From positions 9,934-73,933 of the forward strand of contig CAJJAV010000011.1 in the NCBI GenBank assembly GCA_905182125.1: a stretch of DNA of 64,000 nucleotides, in the 5' to 3' direction. Shown piece by piece: positions 17,292 through 28,286 of this stretch (its first letter is position 1; each line of letters opens with the position of its first letter). Made by a program: the position numbers and the translations under genes. The notes beneath the pieces are model-generated. The model had not been told where the DNA came from. It saw only the letters and a list, made by a program, of their open reading frames with translations, and ran no database searches. This stretch comes from an uncultured Candidatus Poseidoniales archaeon. Lineage in GTDB: Archaea > Thermoplasmatota > Poseidoniia > Poseidoniales > Poseidoniaceae.

Positions 17292-20200
17292 CTATTGCTC
17301 TTCATCAAGTTCATCCAAATCCTTGGGCCTAGGTGGCGGTTCACTCCGGCCAATGAGGGCTGCGTTCACTTGTTTCTGTGTGAACTCGGCAAGGACTTCC
17401 TGACGACGATAGATGGAGAAAACGAGAACACCTGCGGCAAGGAAGACCACTAAAACAGCAAATCCAAGCGTGTCTAAACCTCTGTTATTGGTCTGTTGAT
17501 TCGCTTGAACTTCGCCCATCGGTAGGGGGATGTTCCCCGTCACATCGACCAAAACAACAGCGAGCCCCAACCTTCCAGTGGTCCATGTTTCCAAACTCCA
17601 AGTGTATTCGACCCATGTGCCTGGTGCGAGTTCTGTTGTGTTTGCTTCAAGGATACGCCCGTCAGCATCTTGCAGTTGAACTGTGATGTTACCCGGGAGC
17701 AGCCCTTCGTTCGCAACACGAACAAAGATCGAAATGTTTTCGCCAACCACCGGGCGGTAAGGCGTCACAATGAGGTCGTCAAAGCGGGGCTCGAAAGCAA
17801 CCCATCTGAATGAAGGGGCCAACGGTGCTTCGCTGGTCCCGTACCCTGTTACATTCCGACCTGCACGGTCTGTTGCTGAAAACCACACCTCTAAGCGATC
17901 ATTGCGTTCAAGGATCATCGAAGACGATGGTTGCATGTCCACATTGCCCGCATAGGTGTTCGTGGTCCCTCCACCCGCTGATTTTCCAATTTGGGCCGAA
18001 TCATTGCTGCCCTCAAGAGGCTCACCAAACCGTAAGAATTGCCAGTGCATCGTGATCGGCCCTTCGCTCAAACCTTCCTGGTCGCTCAAGATGACGATGA
18101 CCTCCTGTGCGCCCAATTTATCGGAATCGACCGTCACCAAGGTCCCAGGAGGAACGGTGAGTTGCGGCGAACTTTGATCGATTGTAAAGTTGAAACGCAG
18201 ATCATAAACAAGGAACGGACCATCAATAATCACATCGATGAACCCCGAATTATGCCTGACCACGTCATCGCTGATGTTGATCGTGGTTTCCGCAACTCCT
18301 GTTTCGTTAAACGTGATGTTTGAGGTTCGTGAACGCTCCCCGTCGGAAAGAACCAGGTCAGCCAAAAGAGTGGATGGCACGTGTTCAGCCCGCACGTTGG
18401 TGTCGGCGTGGTTAACGGTCAAAATCAAACTGATCACATCGTTTTGGTGGAACCAGAAATGGTCTCCACTTGTGTCACCAATTGGTTCGGTGAGGTCTTG
18501 GAAGAGAACAGAATGCACTTCCAATGCCGAGGTCACGTTCCAGGTAAAAATACTCAAACGTGACAGTCCCAACCCCAAATCCTGTCCTTCATCGAACACC
18601 TTCAGTGAAGGGACTGCATCATCGGAAAGAGGCGATTCCATCAGCCCCCATGAAAGACGGAAAGCCATTGTCACAACCCAGGTTTGCTGCTGACCTTGTT
18701 TCTCGATTGAAACGGTGGGTGGGAGTTCGAAGCATGCCTCATCAAACAGGGTTTCATCAAAACGGGGTTGGTATTGGATGAAACAAGAGGTGCTCTGTTC
18801 TCGCCCGAGGAGTGCGAACTCAAGTGCATCAAGAGAATTGATTCCGTTGCCATCGGTGATGGAAAAGATGAATTGGTGTTCACGGCCCAGAAGAAGGCGA
18901 CCATCCATGATGTCAAAACTCAGCGTCTCTGTGTTGATGAGGGTGTCATACCGTTCTTGGACATGCACTGTTCCCAAGTCATATGCTTCACCATAATCCC
19001 CTCCACCTTCCAAAGGATTTCCAGCAAGGTCGATCGCTTTGATGACCACGCTTGCCCTTCCTGAAGAGGCCCCCCCGGTGATATCAGCCCAAGATAAGAG
19101 GGGCAAATCAACGATGGCGTTGGTTAACCCGCTGTTGAAGGTCACGGTCTGAGTGGTGTATTCGCTTGCGTCCATAACCCCATCGAGGTTGATGTCATCT
19201 TCGGCTTCTAGCCACGTATGGAGGATGAGAGAATTTCCCAGCCCCTCTGCGTCTTCAAGGGTCACGCGAAGCGCCACATCTTGGCCTTTCATCCACACGT
19301 GGTTGTCGGCTGAAGCGTAACCTCCCGGGTCGAGAGCAAGCAGTGAAATCGTGCTGGGAGCAACCCGGTCATAGAGGAAAGGGACATCGCTGGAACGCGC
19401 AGTGTGATCGAGGCTTGTGGTGGAAACAATGTTGATTGGCCCAATCCGCTCAATGTGAGGCGAAATCAGAATTCGAGTGCCTGATGGAACGCCCTCTTCA
19501 ATCGATGGCGAAGCGATTGGGATCGAAAACGCCCCGTTCGCATCGACTTCAGCCAACCATGATTCCGACCACGAAACCGGGCTGCCACTCCATTCGCTCG
19601 GCCCGCCGCTGATGTTGACTGGTGGAACAGCTTGAGCTTCAATTCGAACCCTGGCCTCTTCTTGGCCAACGTATGATTGTGCTATGCCTTCGAAACGAAC
19701 AGCACCTGACGCAACCATGCCTTGGCTGGCGTTAAGATGGAATGGCCATTGTGAGTCAGACCAATCGTTGAGGTTGCGTTGCGTATCGTCGTACAGCAAA
19801 AAGTCAACAACTTCCAAATCATTCTCAATTTCATTGAACACGGTTTGCCGGTATTGATGAGCGGGACCGGTTGCGAGACCGTTGATGTCTGTTGCATGCG
19901 TAAGGACATGGACGTCGTCGATGTCATCGAAACTCCACGTGCTTTGAATCACCCATGTGACATTGCAAACATTGAGGCCGCAGGAAATGCTTGAGAGGTT
20001 TGACAACATCTGAGCGTATGCCACACCGTCCAGTTGACGGAATTGTGGTGTGGAATCAGCGTCAATGATTTCGAGGTGAATGAGTGCATCAGCTTGATGT
20101 TTCGTAGGCGACAACATCAATTCAATCGACGTGATGTCCGGAGCATCTTGGCCGGGTTCATTCGCATTACCACGCCAATGTTGGGTATGGAACACAACCG

Positions 20201-23200
20201 ACTGTTCAGGCAGCCAGCGTTGGTGTGCAATCGGCAAGATATGGTCCACAAGCAAGGGTTGGCTCACGGCCGTGAGGTTGACGGCCACCGCACCGAATTG
20301 GGTTGCGATGTGGAGTGGAATGACAACGATGGACGAAGTATTGAAGGCTTTTACCTCGTCCATGACGCTGTTCAGCACCTCATCAGTAAGAACTGTGACA
20401 ACCTTTTGCTGGGCTGGAACGATCACGGCTTGGCTGAACTTTACGTTGAATGAACCGCTCATCACGAGTGAAAGACTGCATGACCCGAGGTGAGGGGTGC
20501 TTTCTACCGCCTTTGGAACACATGTAGCTGAATGGGTCACACGATGATGAACAGCCGAGGCCAGTGGCGACACCGACACACTCGGACCGCCTTGCTGAAC
20601 CTCAATTGAGCCACCGAGAGCACTGCTCTCGACCTGGATTAAAAATTGGAGATCGTATGCCATTTGGGTGGGCGTGTAAGGAGCGTCGATTGGCATGAGC
20701 CAAGACAGTTCAGCGGTTTGATTTCCGCTCTGCATCACTTCCAACGAGCCATTGACTGCAGCCAAGAAACCCGTCTGGCTGCCGTTGAACGCATGGAGGC
20801 CTCGGGTGAGGCCAAAACTCTGGTTGGCTCCCGCAATTGGCCAATCAAACAGAGCTGTGGTGTTACCTAATGTTAGAACGGGTGCATGCGGTTCGAGGGA
20901 ACATTGTGGTTCAAAGGTAAAGCCATTGGATGCGGCTCCTGCGCTCCATGAAAAGGCCAAAGGTGTGGTGAAAATTGGCGTGGAGGTTTGAGTAAGAACC
21001 CTACGCACCACTGGTTGATCCAAGGGGGTGTAGGTCCAAGCATCCAGCGAAAGACCTGCGTGAGTGGCGGATAAGTTGTCCCCATATGTTTCGAGGACAA
21101 TGCTTTGGAATGGGCACACTGCTTCCAAGGTCCACGACAAAGAGGCTGCGGAAGAAGCAACAAGTTGTGATTCTTCATCGATGCTCAAGGCATTTAGACC
21201 AACGCCTGAGAACGGAGTGAGTTCGTGGTGATAGGCATCATAGTAGCCGACAGAGCCGACAGTGAGGCGTTGAACTGAGGGCGTGACAAGGGTTTGGTTC
21301 GAGGTCAAGTGAGCGCGTAAATGCAGTGAAGGGTAGCGTTCTTTGTCCAGTGCGAGAAGAATTGGGAGGGATCGATGTTCATACCCGTCTAAAACCGTAC
21401 CGTTTGCATCTAAAATATCGAAGAGGATGCTGGTGTTTTCGGGTTGGGTGACAAAACCGTCAACTTGGCCCCACCCGAAGACCGAGTGTGGCGACAATGG
21501 TTCAGAAACCCACGTCCCTTCAGATTCATAGACATCGATTTCAATGCCTGCATCATCGATGTACCATCCATCCAATTCGATCAATTGATCGGAAAAGAAG
21601 GTGAAACGGGCTCGTACTTCCGAACCAGATAAATTCGATACATCGAACGTCTTCAAATCGAAGCCACGGGTGCCTTGATTGCAACCACCCGGCACATTGG
21701 AACCATCGATGATGCCCTCGCCAAACAAAGGAGAATTGCTGTTTACGGTGGAGATTTGGTCATGGAATCCGTTCAGAGTTGGAGGTATGAACCACCAATT
21801 CTTTCCACCATCGGTGGAGATTGAAACCGCCCCGCCGTCCCAACTGGCCTCCGTGCACACCCAACTCCTGAACGTTAAGCGAGCGGTAGAATTTGCTGGT
21901 ACGATGTATTCTGGGGTGTAAAGATGGGTTAACATGTTGTCGCGGTATTCATCATCGAGATAGATGCCAGCCCCCATCGAACCAGAATGCCACTGCCCAG
22001 GACCGAAACCTGATGCGTTTGATGTGGTGCCAACTTCCCATCGGCGGTTTGTGCTTGCATCGAGGGACCAACCTGCTGGAAGATTGAAACTGACTTCAAA
22101 GTCTTCTGAGTGAGAAGTTGGGCCATTGTGGCCAAGCGTTGCCGTCCACTGCCATTGATTGACATTTGCGGACACATAGGTGAGCCAACCATCTGATGAG
22201 CCATTGGTTTGGGTGGGTTGGCTGCTGAAATTGGCCAGGGAAGTTTTGCTCTGGTTGGGGCTGCCGCGGTTCACCCAGATACTGACATCATCGATGGCGA
22301 TGCCTTCCCATCCACTTGAGGCGGTCCCCCCGAAGTTGTTCTGGCCATCGGTTTGGACCCAGAAGCGGAAGAGCACATTGCTTGCATTCTGAGGACTGGT
22401 TTGATTCCAAGGGAGGGTGTAGAGTATCGGGCACCACTCATCGTTTGAGTCTGCACCATTGAAGAAAACACCGTTGCAGATTGCTCCAGTGCTTGGATGA
22501 CCCGAATAAATAGAAATCGGGGCGTAAGTGGAACCGTTGTCAAGCGACATCCATACGGTGAGGTAATCCTTTGCCCCCCCTTCAATGTCCCAATTAGAGG
22601 AGATTTCCAATTCGACAGTCGCACCAGTGTGGTTCGTTAAGTCTGCAGAAAGGGCCAGTTGCCCCTCTGCGTTCGGGAGGTAATCGCCAGAAAAATTACC
22701 ATGGAACCAAGCCCCTGGAACATCGCCTTGGTTTTCCAAGACCATGCCATCGATGAACCATCCACCTCGTTGGCCAATGTTTGAGTCCGTTGCATAACAA
22801 AATCGGACCTCGACAGTGGGCTGAAGCTGGGAGAGGTGTGCATCGAGGGAAAAAGTGGCGTTCGACCATTGTGGAGTCTCGCCGTTCCAAACAGAAGCTG
22901 GCATTCCGGGGAGTGAAGTGGTGCCATTCGAGCCGCCGAGTGGAGAAATTGCGACCCATGTTCCTGCAGCCGTTTGCACTTCGACCCACGCCGCGTCGTT
23001 GGAATTGAGAGCCAGCCAATGCTGGAATCTGAGGGTGTAATTATTGATGAATGTTGGAGCCTCATAGGCAGGAGAACGTATGCAACCCGACATTCCCCCG
23101 CCGAGGTCACCAAGACCCCGGGTTGCGAGAGCACTCAGTGAACTCGAACCATTGGTCGGAAGCACCATGCCTGATTGTGAAATCAAGGGTTGGATTGTTG

Positions 23201-23693
23201 GCTGAACAACCGCCCATGCCTCGTGATCTTCACCAACACCCATCCAGCCTAATGGAGAACGGACCGTCGTTTCGAAATGAGCAATTGTTCCAAGCGAGGC
23301 TTCCGTGGCCAAGGTCAATTGCCCTCCGTGACCGATGCCGTTGGTTTGTTGATGCGTTCCGTTCCATTGATTGGATGAATGGACGCCAAAGTTGGTACCA
23401 TTGGATGAATCAGAGGACCACAATGGTGTAATGGAGGCTGAGCCTCCAGTGAAGGTCCGGTTGGATGCAACGCTCAATGCTCCTTCAACAACCGCTTCGA
23501 CCGAAGTGGTGTTTTGTTGTGGAATGAAATCGGCTTGACCCGTGCCATGAGGGGTTCCTTCTTGTGCCCAAGTTGGCACTTCTGAACTCGCAACCACCGG
23601 ACTGAGGCTGGACAGAAGCATCAAGAGAACAAACGCAAAGCAGGAACCGACAGGGTCCCTTTCTTTGGTCAATTTGCGCTCTCCTGTGTTCAT
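17292..23693 (-). CDS. Very large (2133 aa) cell-surface protein with repeated jelly-roll/InhA-like domains, CARDB-like domain and C-terminal TM
   Basis: Signal peptide; repeated RF..xTD/SD....GW[FY]ID motifs; V.NEG...GN Ig-like domain; TM followed by YRR. Confidence 0.85.
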   Translation of the reverse strand: MNTGERKLTKERDPVGSCFAFVLLMLLSSLSPVVASSEVPTWAQEGTPHGTGQADFIPQQNTTSVEAVVEGALSVASNRTFTGGSASITPLWSSDSSNGTNFGVHSSNQWNGTHQQTNGIGHGGQLTLATEASLGTIAHFETTVRSPLGWMGVGEDHEAWAVVQPTIQPLISQSGMVLPTNGSSSLSALATRGLGDLGGGMSGCIRSPAYEAPTFINNYTLRFQHWLALNSNDAAWVEVQTAAGTWVAISPLGGSNGTTSLPGMPASVWNGETPQWSNATFSLDAHLSQLQPTVEVRFCYATDSNIGQRGGWFIDGMVLENQGDVPGAWFHGNFSGDYLPNAEGQLALSADLTNHTGATVELEISSNWDIEGGAKDYLTVWMSLDNGSTYAPISIYSGHPSTGAICNGVFFNGADSNDEWCPILYTLPWNQTSPQNASNVLFRFWVQTDGQNNFGGTASSGWEGIAIDDVSIWVNRGSPNQSKTSLANFSSQPTQTNGSSDGWLTYVSANVNQWQWTATLGHNGPTSHSEDFEVSFNLPAGWSLDASTNRRWEVGTTSNASGFGPGQWHSGSMGAGIYLDDEYRDNMLTHLYTPEYIVPANSTARLTFRSWVCTEASWDGGAVSISTDGGKNWWFIPPTLNGFHDQISTVNSNSPLFGEGIIDGSNVPGGCNQGTRGFDLKTFDVSNLSGSEVRARFTFFSDQLIELDGWYIDDAGIEIDVYESEGTWVSEPLSPHSVFGWGQVDGFVTQPENTSILFDILDANGTVLDGYEHRSLPILLALDKERYPSLHLRAHLTSNQTLVTPSVQRLTVGSVGYYDAYHHELTPFSGVGLNALSIDEESQLVASSAASLSWTLEAVCPFQSIVLETYGDNLSATHAGLSLDAWTYTPLDQPVVRRVLTQTSTPIFTTPLAFSWSAGAASNGFTFEPQCSLEPHAPVLTLGNTTALFDWPIAGANQSFGLTRGLHAFNGSQTGFLAAVNGSLEVMQSGNQTAELSWLMPIDAPYTPTQMAYDLQFLIQVESSALGGSIEVQQGGPSVSVSPLASAVHHRVTHSATCVPKAVESTPHLGSCSLSLVMSGSFNVKFSQAVIVPAQQKVVTVLTDEVLNSVMDEVKAFNTSSIVVIPLHIATQFGAVAVNLTAVSQPLLVDHILPIAHQRWLPEQSVVFHTQHWRGNANEPGQDAPDITSIELMLSPTKHQADALIHLEIIDADSTPQFRQLDGVAYAQMLSNLSSISCGLNVCNVTWVIQSTWSFDDIDDVHVLTHATDINGLATGPAHQYRQTVFNEIENDLEVVDFLLYDDTQRNLNDWSDSQWPFHLNASQGMVASGAVRFEGIAQSYVGQEEARVRIEAQAVPPVNISGGPSEWSGSPVSWSESWLAEVDANGAFSIPIASPSIEEGVPSGTRILISPHIERIGPINIVSTTSLDHTARSSDVPFLYDRVAPSTISLLALDPGGYASADNHVWMKGQDVALRVTLEDAEGLGNSLILHTWLEAEDDINLDGVMDASEYTTQTVTFNSGLTNAIVDLPLLSWADITGGASSGRASVVIKAIDLAGNPLEGGGDYGEAYDLGTVHVQERYDTLINTETLSFDIMDGRLLLGREHQFIFSITDGNGINSLDALEFALLGREQSTSCFIQYQPRFDETLFDEACFELPPTVSIEKQGQQQTWVVTMAFRLSWGLMESPLSDDAVPSLKVFDEGQDLGLGLSRLSIFTWNVTSALEVHSVLFQDLTEPIGDTSGDHFWFHQNDVISLILTVNHADTNVRAEHVPSTLLADLVLSDGERSRTSNITFNETGVAETTINISDDVVRHNSGFIDVIIDGPFLVYDLRFNFTIDQSSPQLTVPPGTLVTVDSDKLGAQEVIVILSDQEGLSEGPITMHWQFLRFGEPLEGSNDSAQIGKSAGGGTTNTYAGNVDMQPSSSMILERNDRLEVWFSATDRAGRNVTGYGTSEAPLAPSFRWVAFEPRFDDLIVTPYRPVVGENISIFVRVANEGLLPGNITVQLQDADGRILEANTTELAPGTWVEYTWSLETWTTGRLGLAVVLVDVTGNIPLPMGEVQANQQTNNRGLDTLGFAVLVVFLAAGVLVFSIYRRQEVLAEFTQKQVNAALIGRSEPPPRPKDLDELDEEQ

Positions 23694-23804
23694 TCAAGAC
23701 CACCTCGCTATCGCGAGGTGAGCCATTCGATATGAATCAACGCGCTTGATGATTGAGGCATTGGCAATGAAGGGTTCAAAGTATGTCGGCCGTACCGTTG
23801 GCTG

Positions 23805-24860
23805 ATGTCGACACACGACAACCTTGACAGCGCTCAGTCGCGTGAGGTTGAGGAACAGTTGTTTTCGACGCACAGGCTCCAGTCGACTCGCCATATGCCG
23901 GTGGTGTTACCTCGTCAAGATTTTTGGTCAATGGTCAAGCGGTTGCTCAACACCTTGGACATGGAAATTCAATCCATGTTGAGGAAAGGTATCACTGGTA
24001 TGCGGCTCCAAAACCTCCAGAAGCGACAAGCGAACATTCGGCACATTGCTTCAGAACTTGCCAGAAAAAGAACCGTGGCGGTGGTTCAGCACGTATCATC
24101 GCAATCATTGCGGAGTTCTGCCCAGCACGTAGGATCAGCCCAGGAATTACCCGCCCTTGATTGGCAGCGGCATGATCCAGCTGAAAAGGCATTTTTCCAT
24201 GCTGTTCAGATCGCTATGGACCGGTTCAAAATGGATCTTGATTGGTCCTCGATGCAGAACGGTCTTGCCGGTGAGGGTTTGTCCCTCCCGTCACTCCATG
24301 CACCAGGAACCATGCAACTTGATTCGTTCACTGATGAAAACATCACCAAACGCCCCCCCCCGGCGTTGGCGTTCGAAGATCAGGGGCCAGAAGCACTGCC
24401 TGACTCCGAAATGGATGAAGAGCACCTCATGTCACCCGATCAATGGCCTGATTTGGATGAATACGTTCACGAAGACCTCACAGAAGCTCCCGCTTCACCC
24501 GCCACTTCGCCTCAAGCAGACGATGAGATGATGGACTTCATCAATCAAAAGGAGACGAAGAAGCATGCAGCCGCAATGGAGCTTGCTCCTTCGAAGCAAC
24601 CTGTTATCACGCTTGAAGATGTTTTTGAAGACGTGGTTGATGAAGCGGCACCTGTAGAACCTGAAGTTCCGGCCCCTGAACCAACCAAAGAACCTGAAGC
24701 GACACTGATTCGAATACGAGTCTTGATGACAAGCCCCGAACCAATTCTTACTGCTTCTGGTGAATCCCTGGCTCTCGAGGCTGGCGATATCCACTTTGTC
24801 GATCAGGACTCTGCAGGTTGGTTAATCGAATCTGGTGTGGCTGAAGCTGCATCACTTTGA
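23805..24860 (+). CDS. DNA replication GINS subunit (Gins51 type) with long acidic linker
   Basis: Helical N-terminal domain; C-terminal B-domain IRIRVL...GESLALEAGDIHFVD..SAGWLIESGVAE. Confidence 0.65.
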   Translation: MSTHDNLDSAQSREVEEQLFSTHRLQSTRHMPVVLPRQDFWSMVKRLLNTLDMEIQSMLRKGITGMRLQNLQKRQANIRHIASELARKRTVAVVQHVSSQSLRSSAQHVGSAQELPALDWQRHDPAEKAFFHAVQIAMDRFKMDLDWSSMQNGLAGEGLSLPSLHAPGTMQLDSFTDENITKRPPPALAFEDQGPEALPDSEMDEEHLMSPDQWPDLDEYVHEDLTEAPASPATSPQADDEMMDFINQKETKKHAAAMELAPSKQPVITLEDVFEDVVDEAAPVEPEVPAPEPTKEPEATLIRIRVLMTSPEPILTASGESLALEAGDIHFVDQDSAGWLIESGVAEAASL

Positions 24861-24960
24861 TGTTGATGATTCAAACACAGTTTGTACCAACCATACTGGT
24901 TGTCTGACAAAAGATCGAGCCTTACGGCATGTCGCTCTGTTGTGGTGTGTTGGTTACAAC

Positions 24961-25290
24961 TCAGTTGACAGATCGCATCGAGAGTTCGATGCTCACAGTG
25001 TCTGGAATTGGGATACGGGTGACTTGGCGAAGTGCCGATTCATCCTTACCGGAGGTGATGTCCATCTCGAGCAATCGCTTGTGAACACGAAGTTCCCAGT
25101 GATCGTAGGTTTCAACGCCTTCGCCGTCTGGTGCCTTGCGAACAGGGACGACCAAGCGACGTGTTGGCAATGGAATTGGACCGCGTAGAGCGATGCCGCC
25201 ATTGTCACAGATAGCCTTGATTTGACCAGCGACCTGATCGATATCTCGGTGGTTCTGACCAGTGAGTTTGATGATCGTAACTGCTGCCAT
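24961..25290 (-). CDS. rpsJ: 30S ribosomal protein uS10
   Basis: GPIPLPTRRL, RKAPDGEG, WELRVHKRL. Confidence 0.97.
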   Translation of the reverse strand: MAAVTIIKLTGQNHRDIDQVAGQIKAICDNGGIALRGPIPLPTRRLVVPVRKAPDGEGVETYDHWELRVHKRLLEMDITSGKDESALRQVTRIPIPDTVSIELSMRSVN

Positions 25291-25329
25291 AATGACCCAT
25301 CCAGTTCTATACCAATATCAATCGAAGAC

Positions 25330-26622
25330 TCAAGCCTTCTTCTCAATCTTCAAGCAAACACCAGCAGCCACGGTCTTACCCATGTCGCGGATAGCGAAGC
25401 GAGAGAGTTCGGGGAACGTGTCCATTTGCTCAATAGCCATTGGCTTGTTAGGTTGGAATCGAATCAAGCAAGCGTCACCAGTCTTGAGGAAGGAAGGGTT
25501 CGCTTCCTTGCCAGCCTTGTTCGTCTTCTCGAGAAGTTCGATGAAGCGGACAGCGACTTGAGCGGTGTGTGCGTGGAACACAGGTGTGTAACCGACGGAG
25601 ACAGCCTTTGGAATGTCCATGAGCTGAATTTGACCGACGAAGGTTTCGTCATGTCGAACGAACATAGGTTCGTTGTCAGTGTAACCAGCAACGTCACCAC
25701 GGCGGATGTCTGTTGCAGCGAGACCACGAACGTTGAAACCAACGTTGTCTCCAGGTTCTGCCTTAGGAACCATGGTGTGGTGCATCTCAATCGACTTGAC
25801 CTCAGCGGACTGCATCGATGGGTTGAACACAACGGTCTTGCCGACGTTCAGAGTACCGGTTTCAATCTTGCCAACAGGCACTGTACCAATTCCGGAGATC
25901 TTGTAGACATCTTGAATAGGCAAGCGAAGAGGCTTGTTGATTGGCTTTGCTGGCATGGTGATCTTGTCGATCGCTTCGAAGAGTGTAGGACCCTTGTACC
26001 ATGGGCACTTGTCAGACTTGTTGAACACGTTGTCGCCAAGCAAAGAAGATGCTGGGATCATTGGAACATCAGCTGGGTTGAATCCTGCCATCTTGAGGAG
26101 GGTTCCAACTTCACTGCATGCAGTGTTGTACTTGTCTTCGGACCAGTCGACACCAGAGATATCCATCTTGTTGACGTGAACGATGAGTTGCTTGACACCA
26201 AGAACCTTAGCGAGGAAAGCGTGTTCCTTGGTTTGAGCGTTCACACCGTCGTTAGCAGCGCACAGAAGCACAGCAGCGTCAGCTTGTGAACAGCCAGTGA
26301 TCATGTTCTTGACGAAATCACGGTGACCTGGAGCGTCAATAACAGTCCAGTAGTAGGTAGGGGTAAAGAATTCCTTGTGAGCAACGTCGATGGTGATACC
26401 ACGTTCGCGCTCTTCCTTGAGTCCGTCCATGACGTATGCAAGTCCGAAACCAGCTTTACCGGATTCAGCAGCGAGTTTTTCGTTCTTTTCAATAACGTGA
26501 CCTTCGATATGACCGGAGTCCAATAATAGACGTCCGACAGTCGTTGACTTTCCGTGATCGACGTGTCCGATGAACACGATGTTTAGGTGAGGTTTGCTCT
26601 TATCTTCCCATTGACTTCCCAT
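25330..26622 (-). CDS. tuf: Translation elongation factor EF-1alpha
   Basis: [42 protein letters not shown]. Confidence 0.98.
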   Translation of the reverse strand: MGSQWEDKSKPHLNIVFIGHVDHGKSTTVGRLLLDSGHIEGHVIEKNEKLAAESGKAGFGLAYVMDGLKEERERGITIDVAHKEFFTPTYYWTVIDAPGHRDFVKNMITGCSQADAAVLLCAANDGVNAQTKEHAFLAKVLGVKQLIVHVNKMDISGVDWSEDKYNTACSEVGTLLKMAGFNPADVPMIPASSLLGDNVFNKSDKCPWYKGPTLFEAIDKITMPAKPINKPLRLPIQDVYKISGIGTVPVGKIETGTLNVGKTVVFNPSMQSAEVKSIEMHHTMVPKAEPGDNVGFNVRGLAATDIRRGDVAGYTDNEPMFVRHDETFVGQIQLMDIPKAVSVGYTPVFHAHTAQVAVRFIELLEKTNKAGKEANPSFLKTGDACLIRFQPNKPMAIEQMDTFPELSRFAIRDMGKTVAAGVCLKIEKKA

Positions 26623-26767
26623 GGTAATTGCTCCTTAGCGAGTCCTCCGAACAACCACCCCTATTTAGAAAGCGCGACGCGTGCCTTCACTGGCACAACA
26701 ACAGGAAATGGAGCATTGCGGCTATTTCTATTGGGAAAAATCAATCGAAATGGGTTCTGACTGGGGT

Positions 26768-28219
26768 TCATTCGCCACCGCGGATGGTCCCATCGTCCTC
26801 AACTTTGTACAGGCGAACGGTGCTTGTAGCCCCGCTGATGGCCTTTGGACTCCCAGAGATGGCAACGACTCGGTCACCTGGTGCGATTGTCCCGCGGCGC
26901 ACCAAGGTTTCAACCGCTGCCTGCATGGTTTGTGAACCACGCTCGTATTCCTCGACGACGAGACTTTCAACGCCGGGGAGCAATTGTATTCGACGCGCAG
27001 CACGTATTCGATCGCTGACAGCGGTAACAGGGGTGGTCGGGCGGTATCCAGCCACTAAGCGAGCAGCATTGCCATGTTGGGTGGCAACGACGATTCGCGC
27101 AGCGCCGGAGAGCCGCGCCAGTTCAACGCCTGCGTGGGCCACTGAGCGGGTCGCTACGAACCGAGCAAGAGCACTCGGACGGCGGTCATTGGATTGGAAA
27201 CCAGCATCTGCGGCAGTGGCGATTTTAGCCATCGTCTCAACAGCCGCAAGCGGATAGTTGCCGGAGGCGGTCTCGCCAGAAAGCATCACAGCGGTAGCGC
27301 CATGCCGAATTGCGCTCGATATATCGCTCACTTCTGCTCGCGTTGGGCGAGGGTTCAGAGTCATTGTTTCCAGCATTTGAGTCGCAACGATGACAATCAT
27401 GCCACGCTCTAACGCTCCGTCAATGATCCGTTGTTGGGCCACGGGGACATCTTCAAGCGGAATTTCCACACCGAGGTCACCTCTTGCGACCATGACCGCA
27501 TCGGCCAGATCGAGAATTTCATCAAGGCGTTCCAACGCCATTGGGTGTTCAATCTTGGCGATCACGGGCACGTGTTTACCTGCAGCCTTAACAGCATCAA
27601 TCGCTGGTTGAAGGTCTTCTGGAGTCCGTACATAACTCACTGCAATGTAATCTGCACCTGCTTCAAGGGCATGGGCAATGGCTGCCTTATCGTTTGGCCC
27701 AATGGCTGGAAGGTCGACCATCGTCCCAGGGACATTGACGCCTTTTCGGGCACTGATTGGCCCACCGTCTTCAACGGTGCACACGACCAGCCCCCCGGGG
27801 ACGCCATCTGTTTGTTCGACCACTAAGCGGACCAAACCATCGGCAATCAGCACGGGGTCACCAGGTTGAAGTTCAGCAGAAAGCCCAGCGTATTCCACCG
27901 GCAGTTCTGAAGATGAAGCATCTTGCATCTCACCTACACCACAGTGCAGGGTTAATTTCGCACCGCGTTCAAGCGCCACCACGCCAGGAAATCGACCAAG
28001 GCGTAATTTTGGACCAGGGAGATCTGCAAGAATGCATGTGGGCCTTCCGAGGAACTTTTCCATTGACCGAATGCGGTCATAGAGGCCGGTTTTACTCTCT
28101 GGGGTGCCGTGGGAATAGTTGAGGCGGCACACATCAACGCCAGCTTCGAGCAAGGAACGCAGGATATGTTCTTCTGAACTGGAGGGGCCGATGGTAGCCA
28201 CGATTCGAGTACGACGCAT
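26768..28219 (-). CDS. pyk: Pyruvate kinase
   Basis: RRTRIVATIGP, DLPGPKLR, AKIE, MVARGDLGVE, ATQMLE, MLSGETA. Confidence 0.97.
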   Translation of the reverse strand: MRRTRIVATIGPSSSEEHILRSLLEAGVDVCRLNYSHGTPESKTGLYDRIRSMEKFLGRPTCILADLPGPKLRLGRFPGVVALERGAKLTLHCGVGEMQDASSSELPVEYAGLSAELQPGDPVLIADGLVRLVVEQTDGVPGGLVVCTVEDGGPISARKGVNVPGTMVDLPAIGPNDKAAIAHALEAGADYIAVSYVRTPEDLQPAIDAVKAAGKHVPVIAKIEHPMALERLDEILDLADAVMVARGDLGVEIPLEDVPVAQQRIIDGALERGMIVIVATQMLETMTLNPRPTRAEVSDISSAIRHGATAVMLSGETASGNYPLAAVETMAKIATAADAGFQSNDRRPSALARFVATRSVAHAGVELARLSGAARIVVATQHGNAARLVAGYRPTTPVTAVSDRIRAARRIQLLPGVESLVVEEYERGSQTMQAAVETLVRRGTIAPGDRVVAISGSPKAISGATSTVRLYKVEDDGTIRGGE

Positions 28220-28286
28220 GGTCAAGGCTCACGCAGGTTGCTCAAAACATCTTTCTCAATAGATGCAAGGTTAGAGCCTGTTATGC

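Noticed and set aside
17178-23693. Genomic island integrated at tRNA-Leu
   Set aside because: No integrase, and no duplicated tRNA 3' end was noticed.
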